From assembly GCA_964441495.1 (NCBI GenBank), contig CAYTXV010000001.1, positions 58,851 to 122,850 of the forward strand: a stretch of DNA of 64,000 bases, written 5' to 3'. A program made the position numbers and the translations under genes. Positions 1-9,979 of the stretch are shown here, in pieces; the first letter of the stretch is position 1, and each line of letters opens with the position of its first letter. Source of the stretch: an uncultured Candidatus Saccharibacteria bacterium. GTDB taxonomy: Bacteria > Patescibacteriota > Minisyncoccia > Phycocordibacterales > UBA9973. The notes under the pieces are model-generated. The model worked only from the letters and a program-made list of their open reading frames with translations, had not been told where the DNA came from and ran no database searches.

Positions 1-2953
1 CATTTCTCCGAAGCGCTGACCACCACCTTGTGCCTTACCACCGAGTGGTTGCTGGGTGATGAGTGAGTATGGTCCGATCGAACGCATGTGGATCTTGTCT
101 TCGACCATGTGGTGCAGTTTGAGGATGTACATGTATCCAACTGCGATGTCTTGTTCGTACTTCTCACCGGTTCGTCCGTCATAGAGTGGTACGAGTCCTG
201 TTTCTGGAAGTCCTGCAGCCTTGAGCTCTGCCTTGATCTCAGCATCGGTTGCACCACTAAATGGTGGAACGATCGCCTGATAGCCGAGCTCGTGCGCAGC
301 AAGTCCGAGGTGAATCTCAAGGATCTGTCCGAGGTTCATACGTGATGGGACACCGAGCGGTGTGAGTACCACATCAACCGGCTTACCATCTGCGGTATAT
401 GGCATGTCTTCTTCTGGGAGCACGACTGAGATGACACCTTTGTTTCCGTGTCGTCCTGCGAGCTTGTCTCCGACTGAGATGTTACGCAGCTGTGCAACTT
501 CGATAACGATCTTTTTGAGGACGCCTGATTCGAGACTATCTCCACGTTCTCGTGAGAACACTTTGACACGGATCACGCGACCACGCTTGCCGTGATCCAT
601 CTTGAGTGAAGTATCTTTGACGTCACGAGCCTTCTCCGCAAAGATAGATCGCAAGAGTCGCTCTTCTGGGGTAAGTTCAGTCTCACCCTTTGGTGTGATT
701 TTGCCGACCAGGATATCTCCTTCTTTGATTTCTGCACCGACACGGATGATACCTTCTTCGTCGAGGTCTTTGAGGCGAGCTTCACCAACGTTGGGGATAT
801 CACGAGTCGTGATCTCTGGACCAAGCTTGGTATCGCGAACCACACAGGTAAACTCTGCGATATAGATAGAAGTGAACTTTGAGTCTTTGATGAGTCGCTC
901 TGAGAGGATGATCGCGTCTTCGAAGTTTGCACCGTTCCATGACATGAACGCAACGCGCATGTTTTGACCGATTGCGATTTGCCCTTGATCGGTTGTTGAA
1001 GTATCTGCGAGGAGTTCGCCCTTTTTAACCTTTTGTCCGAGAGACACAACAGGACGCTGATGAAATGCACTAAACGCATTGGTTCGCTGGAAGTTTACGA
1101 GTGTGTATGTGTGGTCTTTGCCAGTCTTGTCTGATTTGACTGTGATTTTCTTGGCATCGACAGCAACAACTTCACCCGCTTCTTCTGCCATCACGAGACG
1201 GCCTGAGTATGGCGCTGCGAGTTCTTCCATACCAGTTGCAACGAGTGGTGCTTCTGGACGGATGAGTGGGACAGCTTGCTTTTGCATGTTACTTCCCATG
1301 AGCGCACGGTTTGCGTCATTGTGTTCGAGGAATGGCACCATGTTGGTTGCAACAGAAAATGCTTGACTTGGTGCGACATCGATGAAGTCAACTTCGTTTT
1401 TGGAAACGATGCCTGGTGATGTACGGATACGTGCTTCGACACGATCAGGAAGTGCACTACCGTCCTGACGCATCCCCGCGTGTGCGATGATGTAGCGCTC
1501 TTCTTCGGCAGCGTTGAGATACACGATCTCGTCAGTGATCTTGCCGTTTTTGACTTTGGCATACGGAGTCTCGATCACACCAAACTCGTTCACACGTGCA
1601 TAGATAGAGAGGCGCAAGATAAGTCCGATGTTTGGACCTTCTGGAGTATGGATCGGACACACACGTCCGTAGTGAGAGGTGTGTACGTCACGCACTTCGA
1701 GTGTTGCACGCTCACGAGTGAGTCCTCCGGGACCAAGCGCAGACACAGTACGAAGTTCCTCGATTTCTGAGAGGATGTTGTCCTGCTGCATGAACTGTGA
1801 GAGCTGGTTGGTCGTAAAGAATTCTTTGATACGAGCCTGCAGTGGTCGCTGGTTCACAACCTGGATCGGGAGCGCATTTGCAGTATCGATCGTACTCATA
1901 CGATCTTGCACGTTACGCTTGATCTGTGTGAAGCCCATGTGAATCTTGGCCTGGAGCATTTCACCGACAAATCGTACACGTCGTGATCCCAAGTGATCGA
2001 TATCGTCTGCGCGTGAACCAGGAGTTGTGTTGAGCGTGATGATGTGGCTCACGATCACTGCGATGTCTGCTGCAGAAAGTGTCTTGCGCGCCATTTCCTT
2101 GTCAGACATGTCGAGCTGGAAACGGTTGTTGAAACGAAACCGTCCAACAGATGAGAGATCGTAGCGCTCTTCACCAAAGAGTGTCTGGACGAACTCACGT
2201 GCGTTTTCTGCGTTGGCGAGGTCGCCATCACGGAGTTTGCGGTAGATTTCGATAAATGCGTTTGTTTGATCTTTGATTGCGTCCTTTTCGATAGCGTGTT
2301 TGATGACGTTTTGGATAGTGTCTCCTTTAAACTGCTTGAGGATAGAAGCATCATCTGCAAGTCCGAGTGCACGCAACAGCGTGATCACCGAAAACTTCTT
2401 TTTCTTGTCGATACGGACAAAGACTTCTCCTGAAGGATCACTTTCGAGTTCGATCCATACACCACGGTTTGGGATGATCTTTGCACCAAAGTAGCGCTTG
2501 CCTTTGATTTCAAGGTCGGTAAAGAACACACCACTTGAACGTTGGAGTTGCGGGATGATCGAGCGCTCAACACCGTTGATGATGAAGGTGCCGTGCGGTG
2601 TCATCACCGGGATGTCAGAGAGAAAGATTTCTTGCTCTTTTTCTGAGCCATTTTGTTTGTTGGTGAGTTTGATGCGTGCCTTGAGCTGTGTTTCGAGGGA
2701 GAGTTTGTTTTCCTTGGCATAGTGCTCGTCGTATGTTGGCGGCGTCAAATGAAACGATACGAGATCGAGCTGAAACTTTTTGCCAGAATAGTCGTTGATC
2801 GGGGTGAACTCTTTAAAGACTTCTTTGAGACCCTTTTCGATCAACCAGTTGTAACTGTCGATCTGGTGCTGGATAAGATTAGGAAATTCGACCAATGGTT
2901 CTTTGTACTTCGAAAAATACTTTTTTGGACGTGCTGAGGACTTGGATTTACTC
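1..2953 (-). CDS. rpoB: DNA-directed RNA polymerase subunit beta, N-terminal ~984 codons; C-terminus runs off the window start
   Basis: Reverse-complement translation from the ATG at 2953 gives MSKSKSSARPKKYFSKYKEPLVEFPNLIQHQIDSYNWLIEKGL... and later NMQKQAVPL and AVGYMYILKLHHMVEDKIHMRSIGPYSLITQQPLGGKAQ motifs. It is absent from the ORF track because the 3' end is open. Confidence 0.93.
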
Positions 2954-3075
2954 ATAAACAGTAGGTATGTAAACGCAAAAATCGCCGATGCTCTGTGCGA
3001 GCATGGCTTACTGATAAACTCTCCTAATAAAATACAGACGACAACCGCAACTCTTCCGGAAACTGTAGGAACTGC

Positions 3076-3104
3076 AGTATAGTAAAAAAGCCTTATATTG
3101 TCAA
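3076..3104 (-). promoter_or_regulatory. sigma70-like promoter for rpoB (TTGACA-17-TATACT)
   Basis: On the minus strand, rc(3099-3104)=TTGACA and rc(3076-3081)=TATACT with a 17-nt spacer, about 120 nt upstream of the rpoB ATG. Confidence 0.5.
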
Positions 3105-3155
3105 ATAAAAAGGCCCCCTGTATCAAAACAGGAGACCTATATTTACTGAACCCAA

Positions 3156-3353
3156 TTACCATTTCTCAAAATCTGCCTCTACAAACCCTCCAGGATAAAG
3201 TTCTTTTTTATCCTCTTCACCTTTTTTCGTTTGATTTTCACTAAATTCTTCTTTGTTTGGTGAAAGTGTTTGTAGTACTGGTGGCGCAGATTTTTGTTGC
3301 CCAAGTAAGTCCTCAAGCAACTTTTTTCTTTTTTTATCTTTTTGCATAACCAA
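3156..3353 (-). CDS. small lysine-rich hypothetical protein (65 aa)
   Basis: Complete ORF with its own candidate promoter just upstream; no recognisable family. Confidence 0.3.
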   Translation of the reverse strand: MVMQKDKKRKKLLEDLLGQQKSAPPVLQTLSPNKEEFSENQTKKGEEDKKELYPGGFVEADFEKW

Positions 3354-3381
3354 TATTTAAAGTACTACAATATTGTATGGT

Positions 3382-3410
3382 ATTGTACCTTATTTATAAT
3401 AATAAGTCAA
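3382..3410 (-). promoter_or_regulatory. candidate promoter TTGACT-17-TACAAT for the 65-aa ORF
   Basis: rc(3405-3410)=TTGACT and rc(3382-3387)=TACAAT with 17-nt spacing, immediately after the trmD stop. Confidence 0.35.
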
Positions 3411-3414
3411 GTTT

Positions 3415-4059
3415 TTACTTCTGCTGCTCTTTTCTCCACTCATCTATCTTTTTGTGGTCTCCCTGGACGAGGACTTTGGGAACTTTGTACGTTTTGCCTT
3501 TGTATACGAGGGTTTCTGGGCGCGTATAGACCCGAGGGCTTGCGATACGGTTCTCCTCGACACTCTCGCCTTTGCCGAGTACTCCTGGTATCTGGCGAGC
3601 TATAGCGTCTGTTATCGCAAGCGCTGGGAGCTCTCCACCGGTGAGTGTGTACGGGCCGATACTATACTCGTCCGCCTTGAGTATCTTGCGCACTCTGTCG
3701 TCTACCCCTTCGTAGCGACCACAGACAAACACGACGTCTGAGTATGTCTTTGCCATCTTTTTGGCGGCTACATTGTCAAAGAGTTTGCCGCTCGGTGAGA
3801 GCTGGATCACCTTGACCTTGCCACCCTTTTTCATCTTGAGCTTCTCATATGCGCGTAGGATCGGCTCTGCAGTCATCACCATACCTGGACCACCGCCGTA
3901 TGGACGCTCATCAGTCTTGTTGTGTCTATCTTTTGAAAAGTCCCGGATGTTTTTGACATCAAATGAGACAAGTTTGCTTTCCCCTGCCCGCTTGAGTATA
4001 GACTCGCCGATATACGAATGGATCATCTCTGGAAAGATTGTGAGAAAGTGGAATTTCAT
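3415..4059 (-). CDS. trmD: tRNA (guanine37-N1)-methyltransferase
   Basis: MKFHFLTIFPEM...GGGPGMVM...RYEGVDDRV...YSIGPYTLTGGELPA are TrmD SPOUT motifs. Start taken at MKFHF rather than the upstream ORF-track start. Confidence 0.9.
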   Translation of the reverse strand: MKFHFLTIFPEMIHSYIGESILKRAGESKLVSFDVKNIRDFSKDRHNKTDERPYGGGPGMVMTAEPILRAYEKLKMKKGGKVKVIQLSPSGKLFDNVAAKKMAKTYSDVVFVCGRYEGVDDRVRKILKADEYSIGPYTLTGGELPALAITDAIARQIPGVLGKGESVEENRIASPRVYTRPETLVYKGKTYKVPKVLVQGDHKKIDEWRKEQQK

Positions 4060-4140
4060 AGTACAACAATACAATATTTTGAGATTTAGTCAAAATAAAA
4101 AGGACATTTTTCAATGTCCTTAACTAAGGTTTAGTCTTAG

Positions 4141-4290
4141 GCAAAAAGTATATACAGAATAGCTCCGACGATAACACAGATCCACTGATATAGCCAGTAA
4201 CGTAAAGGCTCGCGCACTTTTGTATCGCCTTGTACATAATCTTTTGCAAAAAACAAACCTATGATCGGCAGAAACTTTAATTGTTTCATA
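4141..4290 (-). CDS. small membrane protein (49 aa), unknown function
   Basis: ATG at 4290 gives MKQLKFLPIIGLFFAKDYVQGDTKVREPLRYWLYQWICVIVGAILYILFA, hydrophobic. It is offset by one frame from the listed 75-aa ORF, which looks less protein-like. An extended -10 TGTATAAT lies about 25 nt upstream. Confidence 0.4.
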
Positions 4291-4318
4291 GTTTTTCTTT
4301 ATATAACCACAAATTATA

Positions 4319-4378
4319 CAAAAACAAAAAACCGGGTATATGTCCATCCAATACGATAAATGGTGTACATATCCCGGG
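4319..4378 (-). terminator. rho-independent terminator (minus-strand orientation)
   Basis: 11-bp interrupted stem ccgggtatatgt/acatatcccgg with a 23-nt loop, followed on the minus strand by TTTTTTGTTTTTG. Confidence 0.6.
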
Positions 4379-4510
4379 TTTTCGAATTCTCTCTTGAATT
4401 TGTGCCTACGATAACGGCCGCGCCCACCGTTTAAATTTTGCTCTGTAAAAGCATGAAGAAATCTAGGAAGTGCACAAAAACAGCCGAAGAAAGAACTTCT
4501 AAATCGATCT
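4379..4510 (-). ncRNA. candidate small RNA (~190 nt promoter-to-terminator transcript, no ORF); identity unknown
   Basis: Bounded by a near-consensus promoter just after the khpA stop and the strong terminator at 4319-4378. The longest ORF is 7 codons. It occupies the position rimM usually has in the rpsP-khpA-rimM-trmD cluster. Confidence 0.25.
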
Positions 4511-4516
4511 GCTTAG

Positions 4517-4544
4517 TTTATAGCAAATTTAAAATAAATGTCAA
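4517..4544 (-). promoter_or_regulatory. candidate promoter TTGACA-16-TATAAA driving the noncoding interval
   Basis: rc(4539-4544)=TTGACA and rc(4517-4522)=TATAAA. Confidence 0.4.
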
Positions 4545-4547
4545 GTA

Positions 4548-4853
4548 TTAGAGATCCTTGAGGTCTGCCATCGCGTCATCGAGGTCTGCGACGTCTGGCT
4601 GGCCTTTGTAGCCTGCTGGCTCGTTGATCTTGAGGTTTACCCGAGCATTGTGCTTCATACCCACGACACGCAGGAGGGTGCGGATGGCCTTTGCAGTGTT
4701 GCCCTGGCGGCCGATGATCTTGCCCATATCGACCGGGTTGACTGAGAGCGTCAGGAGTACCCCCATCTCATCCACTGTCCTATCGATGACGACATCGGCA
4801 GGGTTATCTACGAGCGCTTTTACCACGAGTTCTAGAAATTCTTTGTCAGACAT
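4548..4853 (-). CDS. khpA: KH-domain RNA-binding protein (KhpA/YlqC family)
   Basis: 101 aa with a GKIIGRQGNTAKAIRTL KH-type GXXG loop, directly downstream of rpsP as in the conserved operon. Confidence 0.8.
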   Translation of the reverse strand: MSDKEFLELVVKALVDNPADVVIDRTVDEMGVLLTLSVNPVDMGKIIGRQGNTAKAIRTLLRVVGMKHNARVNLKINEPAGYKGQPDVADLDDAMADLKDL

Positions 4854-4904
4854 AATGCTTCACTCAATTGAATCCAGTAATAACAGATCTCAGTATATCA
4901 TAGC

Positions 4905-4966
4905 AAAACACACAATTTCTGAGTGTCTGGTGAACTGACCCGAGGACCGAAGAAATTGTGTGTTTT
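4905..4966. repeat. perfect 16-bp inverted repeat with 30-nt loop between rpsP and khpA
   Basis: aaaacacacaatttct (4905-4920) pairs with agaaattgtgtgtttt (4951-4966). Possible attenuator, RNase III site or operator. Confidence 0.5.
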
Positions 4967-4975
4967 GCGGAGATA

Positions 4976-5281
4976 TTATTTTTTCTTTGCTTCCTTGCGC
5001 TTGACGGTTGGAGATTTCTTGGAAAGCACGTTCTTCTTTTTACCTTCTACTATCCCTGCCTTGACAAGCATGTTGTGCGCTGTTGGAGAGACCTGTGCAC
5101 CCATTTTGATCCAGTGCTGGATGCGCTCTTTGCTGAAAGAAACAGCATCGTTTTTGACAGTGTGAGAGCCGAGGATCTCGAGGAACTTGCCACTTTGCGC
5201 TGCGTTTTTGTGATCGGTCACCACCAAGCGAAAAGCTGGTTCGTTTTTGCGTCCGATACGTTGTAGTCTGATCTTTAACAT
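4976..5281 (-). CDS. rpsP: 30S ribosomal protein S16
   Basis: MLKIRLQRIGRKNEPAFRLVVTD... is a typical bS16 N-terminus. Confidence 0.95.
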   Translation of the reverse strand: MLKIRLQRIGRKNEPAFRLVVTDHKNAAQSGKFLEILGSHTVKNDAVSFSKERIQHWIKMGAQVSPTAHNMLVKAGIVEGKKKNVLSKKSPTVKRKEAKKK

Positions 5282-5347
5282 GTAGGCACGATAATAGCAG
5301 GGATTGTCAGATTATGCAATACAAAGACCTCATGTTAAAGTGTTTCC

Positions 5348-7279
5348 ATGGAAAACGTCTCTGTCGGGGCTGAGTATGAGGGCTCGATCAATATTTCAAC
5401 CAAAGGTATCGGCTTTGTAAAGATCCGCGATCTCAAGATCGCGATAGAAGTCCCTCGCGAAGCACTCAATCGCGCATTTCATGGTGACACAGTACGTGTA
5501 GAGGTGACCGAACTTGCAAATGCGAACCACGAAAACCCCTATGGCAAAGTGGTAGACATCACCCGCCGTGCAAAGGTTGGCTACTCTGGCACGCTCAGTT
5601 TCGAACAAGGCGCGCACTGTATCGTCACTAACGACGGTCGTATGTACACACCGATCACGATCCCACAGGAGAAACTCGGTGGTGCAAAGCAGGGTGACAA
5701 AGTGTTCTGCGCGATCACTGACTGGCCAGACCCGATGAGCTCTCCGACAGGTGAAGTCGTCAAAGTGCTCGGTAAGCCGCTCGAGAACAACGCCGAGATG
5801 CTCTCACTCGCACTCGAAAAGGGATTTGATAGCGACTACCCTCCTGCGGTTGCTGCAGAAGCTACTGCGATCAAAGCGCACGGCATAACTCCTGACGAAA
5901 TCGCACACCGCCGCGACTTTCGCCAGATCACAACGTTTACGATCGACCCCGAAGACGCCAAAGACTTTGATGATGCGATATCAGTACAGTTCTTGGATGA
6001 TGGCAAAGTAGAAATCGGTATACACATCGCAGATGTCTCGCACTACGTGCGTCCTGATACTGCGCTCGATGCAGAAGCGTACCGACGCGCGACAAGTGTC
6101 TACCTCGTCGACCGCACAATACCCATGCTCCCCGAAGCACTCTCGAACGACATGTGCTCACTCAACCCTGATGTCGACCGACTCACCATGTCTGCAGTGT
6201 TTATCATCGACAAAGACATGAAGATCGTCGATGAATGGTATGGCAAGACAGTCATACACTCACACCAGCGCTTCACATACGAGGGTGCACAAAAAGTACT
6301 CGATACAAAAGAAGGACCATTTTTGAAAGAGCTTGAAGCAGCGCTCAAGATTGCACAACACCTCGAAAAGGAACGCTTCAACAATGGCGCGATGGTGCTT
6401 GATACTGTCGAAGTGAAATTTAAACTCGATGAACACGGCGTACCGCTCTCTGCGTACGTCAAACAGCGCGGTCCGACACATCACATGATCGAGGAGCTCA
6501 TGCTCCTTGCCAACCGCAAAGTTGCAGAGTTCATCACCACTGGTGACAAAGACAACTCGCGCGTGTTCGTCTACCGCATCCACGATGCACCCGATCCAGA
6601 ACGTATGGAAGACCTCAAGGTGTTTCTCAAGCGTATGGGGTACACACTCCCTGTCGATGACGATGGCATCATCCCCGCGCGAGCGCTCAATGATCTCGTC
6701 CAGTCGCTCGATGGCAAACCAGAAAAGGAAACAATCCAAACCGCAATCGTCCGCTCAATGGCAAAAGCAATCTATAGCACCAAAAACATCGGTCACTATG
6801 GACTTGCATTTGAGTTTTACACTCACTTCACTTCTCCGATCCGTAGATACCCAGACACTGTCGTACATCGACTCCTCACCCACTACCTCGGCAACGGCAC
6901 CATCCCCAAAGAAATGTGGGAGTACTACGACAAAGTTTGCCAGCACTCATCAGTACGCGAAAAGGAAGCTGCAGATGCAGAACGTGCATCTATCAAATAC
7001 AAGCAGGTTGAGTACATGTCGACTCGTGTAGGCAAAGTGTTTGATGGCACAATCACTGGCGTATCTCCAAACGGTATATTCATCGAAGAAAAAGAAACTC
7101 GGTGTGAAGGCATGGCACGACTGCGTGACCTCGGGAGTGATTTCTTTGAGTACAACGAAAAGGAACTTGCCATCGTTGGTCGCAAAACACGCAAAACATT
7201 TCGCATCGGTGACACTGTCAGGTTCAAAGTCAGCAATGCCGATATCGTGAAGCGATTACTTGATTATGTACTGGTATAA
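5348..7279 (+). CDS. rnr: ribonuclease R (RNB family 3'-5' exoribonuclease)
   Basis: N-terminal cold-shock/OB region, RNB motifs (FTIDPEDAKDFDDAISV, IHIADVSHYV) and a C-terminal S1 domain. Confidence 0.9.
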   Translation: MENVSVGAEYEGSINISTKGIGFVKIRDLKIAIEVPREALNRAFHGDTVRVEVTELANANHENPYGKVVDITRRAKVGYSGTLSFEQGAHCIVTNDGRMYTPITIPQEKLGGAKQGDKVFCAITDWPDPMSSPTGEVVKVLGKPLENNAEMLSLALEKGFDSDYPPAVAAEATAIKAHGITPDEIAHRRDFRQITTFTIDPEDAKDFDDAISVQFLDDGKVEIGIHIADVSHYVRPDTALDAEAYRRATSVYLVDRTIPMLPEALSNDMCSLNPDVDRLTMSAVFIIDKDMKIVDEWYGKTVIHSHQRFTYEGAQKVLDTKEGPFLKELEAALKIAQHLEKERFNNGAMVLDTVEVKFKLDEHGVPLSAYVKQRGPTHHMIEELMLLANRKVAEFITTGDKDNSRVFVYRIHDAPDPERMEDLKVFLKRMGYTLPVDDDGIIPARALNDLVQSLDGKPEKETIQTAIVRSMAKAIYSTKNIGHYGLAFEFYTHFTSPIRRYPDTVVHRLLTHYLGNGTIPKEMWEYYDKVCQHSSVREKEAADAERASIKYKQVEYMSTRVGKVFDGTITGVSPNGIFIEEKETRCEGMARLRDLGSDFFEYNEKELAIVGRKTRKTFRIGDTVRFKVSNADIVKRLLDYVLV

Positions 7280-7282
7280 CGT

Positions 7283-8290
7283 ATGCGGAGTATCGTTCGA
7301 TATGTAATCGGGTTTGTTGTGGTTGCAGGTATCATCGGTACCGGCGTGCTGTGGGCTGAAGCACCGACAAGTGTGTTTGTGCGTCCAGTACCCACTGACC
7401 AAAACATCACTATCGGATGGGTGGGTGACATGGTGCCAAGCACTGACACACTCTACAACAGAAGCGCGTTTGTATCTGTACAAGAAGAGCTCCAAAAACC
7501 AGATCTCATGATCGGCAACCTCGAAGGAACATTTGCACAAGAAGGACGCGTGGACAAATGTGTGTTTCTCGCCTCAGATCAATGCCACTCGTTTCGCGGA
7601 GATCTGTCGTTTGCATATGCACTCACAGATGCAGGATTTGATTTCGTCTCACTCGTCAACAACCACTCGTATGATTTCCTTGAGGAAGGACTTGCTGACA
7701 CTGAGCGTGTCCTGGATGAAGTAGGTATACCCTATATCTCACCAACCAAACCGACAACAAGCATCACCGTCAAAGACAAAACAGTTGGTATCCTTGGCCT
7801 TTCAAGTACTCCTCCTGCGCAGACGATCGCTGACTACGAATTTATTGCACGAGAAACACAGAGACTTTCACAAGAAAATGATTTTGTGATTGTTATCTTT
7901 CATGGAGGCGCAGAAGGTAGCGACAAGACAGCCGTCCCAAATACAACTGAGTACGTCGGTAGCGAAAATCGTGGTGACGTAGCTCAAGTCGCACGTGTTG
8001 CGATAGATGCAGGCGCGGATCTCGTACTCGGATCTGGACCACACGTACTTCGCAAGATAGAAACATATCAAAGCGCGCCCATCGCATATAGTCTGGGCAA
8101 CTTTGTCGGTGGACGAAGGCTCATCATGGGAGGAAGCCTTTCGATCTCTGGCATCTTTACCGCAACACTACAAAAGGATGGCCCTGCAACATATGATTTC
8201 GTCTCTGTACTCCTCGGACCGGATGGTATCCCAACTCTCGATCCGCTCGAACAAGGCAGATCGCTCATGCAGGAGCTTTCCAGAGAGTAA
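7283..8290 (+). CDS. CapA/PGA_cap family metallophosphoesterase-like protein, membrane anchored
   Basis: N-terminal TM helix, then IGNLEGTF, FDFVSLVNNHSYD, FHGGAEG and GSGPHVL motifs typical of poly-gamma-glutamate CapA-like proteins. Confidence 0.7.
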   Translation: MRSIVRYVIGFVVVAGIIGTGVLWAEAPTSVFVRPVPTDQNITIGWVGDMVPSTDTLYNRSAFVSVQEELQKPDLMIGNLEGTFAQEGRVDKCVFLASDQCHSFRGDLSFAYALTDAGFDFVSLVNNHSYDFLEEGLADTERVLDEVGIPYISPTKPTTSITVKDKTVGILGLSSTPPAQTIADYEFIARETQRLSQENDFVIVIFHGGAEGSDKTAVPNTTEYVGSENRGDVAQVARVAIDAGADLVLGSGPHVLRKIETYQSAPIAYSLGNFVGGRRLIMGGSLSISGIFTATLQKDGPATYDFVSVLLGPDGIPTLDPLEQGRSLMQELSRE

Positions 8291-8334
8291 ATTGCTCAGG
8301 GTTCTTGTTTGTGCTATCATAAGACGTTTCACCT

Positions 8335-8553
8335 ATGGCAAATATACTGCATCTCGTACAAATCATCTCAAGCATCGCGCTCATCGTTCTCGTACTCCTC
8401 CAACGGACACAGGGCGATACGAGTAGTTGGCTTGGTGGCGACAATAGTTCGTTTTTACAAACCAGACGCGGAGCTGAACGTTTCTTGTTCGTGCTCACGA
8501 TCATCGTCGCGGTTATCTTTGTCGGCGCAAGTCTTGCAGTCATCGTACTCTAA
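8335..8553 (+). CDS. secG: preprotein translocase subunit SecG
   Basis: 72 aa with two TM helices and a VLLQ...G motif typical of SecG. Confidence 0.8.
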   Translation: MANILHLVQIISSIALIVLVLLQRTQGDTSSWLGGDNSSFLQTRRGAERFLFVLTIIVAVIFVGASLAVIVL

Positions 8554-8567
8554 TCCATAGGTCGTGT

Positions 8568-9977
8568 ATGTCGACCTTTTTTACATTCATCAAACAATAC
8601 AAACTTCCACCGCAGTTTGCTCGAGCAAAACTCTTTGCTCGTCCACTGACTTGGCAAGGACTCGTCCTATCGATCCTCTTTGCGCTCACGGTAATCGCAG
8701 GGTATGTATTTCTGATCACATTCAACGATAGGCTGCTCGTCAAAGTACCTGCGCACGGAGGCACACTGACTGAAGGAGTGATCGGCGCGCCACAGTTTAT
8801 CAACCCACTTCTAGCAACAACTGAGACGGACCAAACACTCACCACCCTTGTCTACTCAGGACTCATGCGCATAACTGCCGATGGGACTATCCAACCAGAC
8901 CTCGCCGAATCATATAGTGTCTCACCTGACGGACTTCGCTATACGTTTACACTCGCACCGAACCTCAAGTGGAGTGACGGCAAACCACTCACAAGTAGTG
9001 ATATCTCTTTTACATACGGACTCCTTGCCAAGACTGATCAGCTCTCCATGTGGCAAACGATCGCGATAGATACACCGACACCACAAACTGTAGTGATAAC
9101 ACTTCCCGCTCCTGATAGCACGTTCCTCAAGGAAACAACACTGAGGATACTGCCTGCACACCTGTGGAGCGATCTCCCGATAGAAGCACTCTCTGATAAC
9201 CCATATAACCTCCGTGGTGTTGGAAGTGGTCCGTGGCGTATCGCACATGTTGCGCAGACAAATGGTGTCACTTCAGAAATCACACTCAAACGCAACAAGC
9301 ACTACAACCATACCCACCCATATATCGACACATACCGATTTGCGTTTTTTGCAAATCAAACAGCGCTGCAAAATGCACTTCTTGATACATCAATCGATAT
9401 GACCTTTGATGCAACGATCCCAACAGTACGTACACTTCCCAATAACTATCGTCTCAAACGAGTCGCGTCTCCAGACGTGTACAGTATCTTTGCACAACAG
9501 GGCGCACTCTCTGAGCAGATAGTTGCCCGTGCACAAGAATCGATTGACAAAGACACCATCCTTGCTATAGTAGAAAGCGGTTATGTGGAAGCTCCTGTAG
9601 CATCCAACCCTCCTCTAGACTCCTCGTTCTCTCTTGCAGTAGAAAATGATCCTTCACTTCTTGCGCTTGCTCGAGCACTCAAAGAAACGCTCGCGACTGC
9701 TGGGATTGATCTAACTATCAAAGCATTTGATTACGGTATCTTTGAGGATGGTATACAGCGCCAACAGTATCCAATCATCCTTGCAGCACGTGCACCCCTT
9801 GGATACAAGACTGTCGTCCCACTCTATACAAAATCATATCTTTTGGTACACGACAGCGATATAACAATCACTACTCCAGAAATCCTTACCAGTCCAACTG
9901 ACCGCTATCGCGATACGAGTACCTGGTATGTGAGATACAACAAAGTCTGGCGTATCTTTGCAAACAATAATCGATAA
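8568..9977 (+). CDS. membrane-anchored extracellular solute-binding protein, family 5 (peptide/nickel SBP-like)
   Basis: N-terminal TM anchor followed by the GGTLTEG..INPLLA start typical of SBP_bac_5; size 469 aa. Confidence 0.6.
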   Translation: MSTFFTFIKQYKLPPQFARAKLFARPLTWQGLVLSILFALTVIAGYVFLITFNDRLLVKVPAHGGTLTEGVIGAPQFINPLLATTETDQTLTTLVYSGLMRITADGTIQPDLAESYSVSPDGLRYTFTLAPNLKWSDGKPLTSSDISFTYGLLAKTDQLSMWQTIAIDTPTPQTVVITLPAPDSTFLKETTLRILPAHLWSDLPIEALSDNPYNLRGVGSGPWRIAHVAQTNGVTSEITLKRNKHYNHTHPYIDTYRFAFFANQTALQNALLDTSIDMTFDATIPTVRTLPNNYRLKRVASPDVYSIFAQQGALSEQIVARAQESIDKDTILAIVESGYVEAPVASNPPLDSSFSLAVENDPSLLALARALKETLATAGIDLTIKAFDYGIFEDGIQRQQYPIILAARAPLGYKTVVPLYTKSYLLVHDSDITITTPEILTSPTDRYRDTSTWYVRYNKVWRIFANNNR

Positions 9978-9979
9978 CT

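Noticed and set aside
88-2937. Nine short plus-strand ORFs (85-96 aa) across the first 3 kb
   Set aside because: They are antisense to the intact rpoB reading frame on the minus strand. Their low-complexity translations lack protein-like motifs and reflect GC-skewed codon usage.
4379-4510. Assigning the candidate small RNA to 6S or SRP RNA
   Set aside because: I could find neither a closing-stem/central-bubble arrangement typical of 6S nor the SRP domain IV motifs by eye. It is left unclassified.
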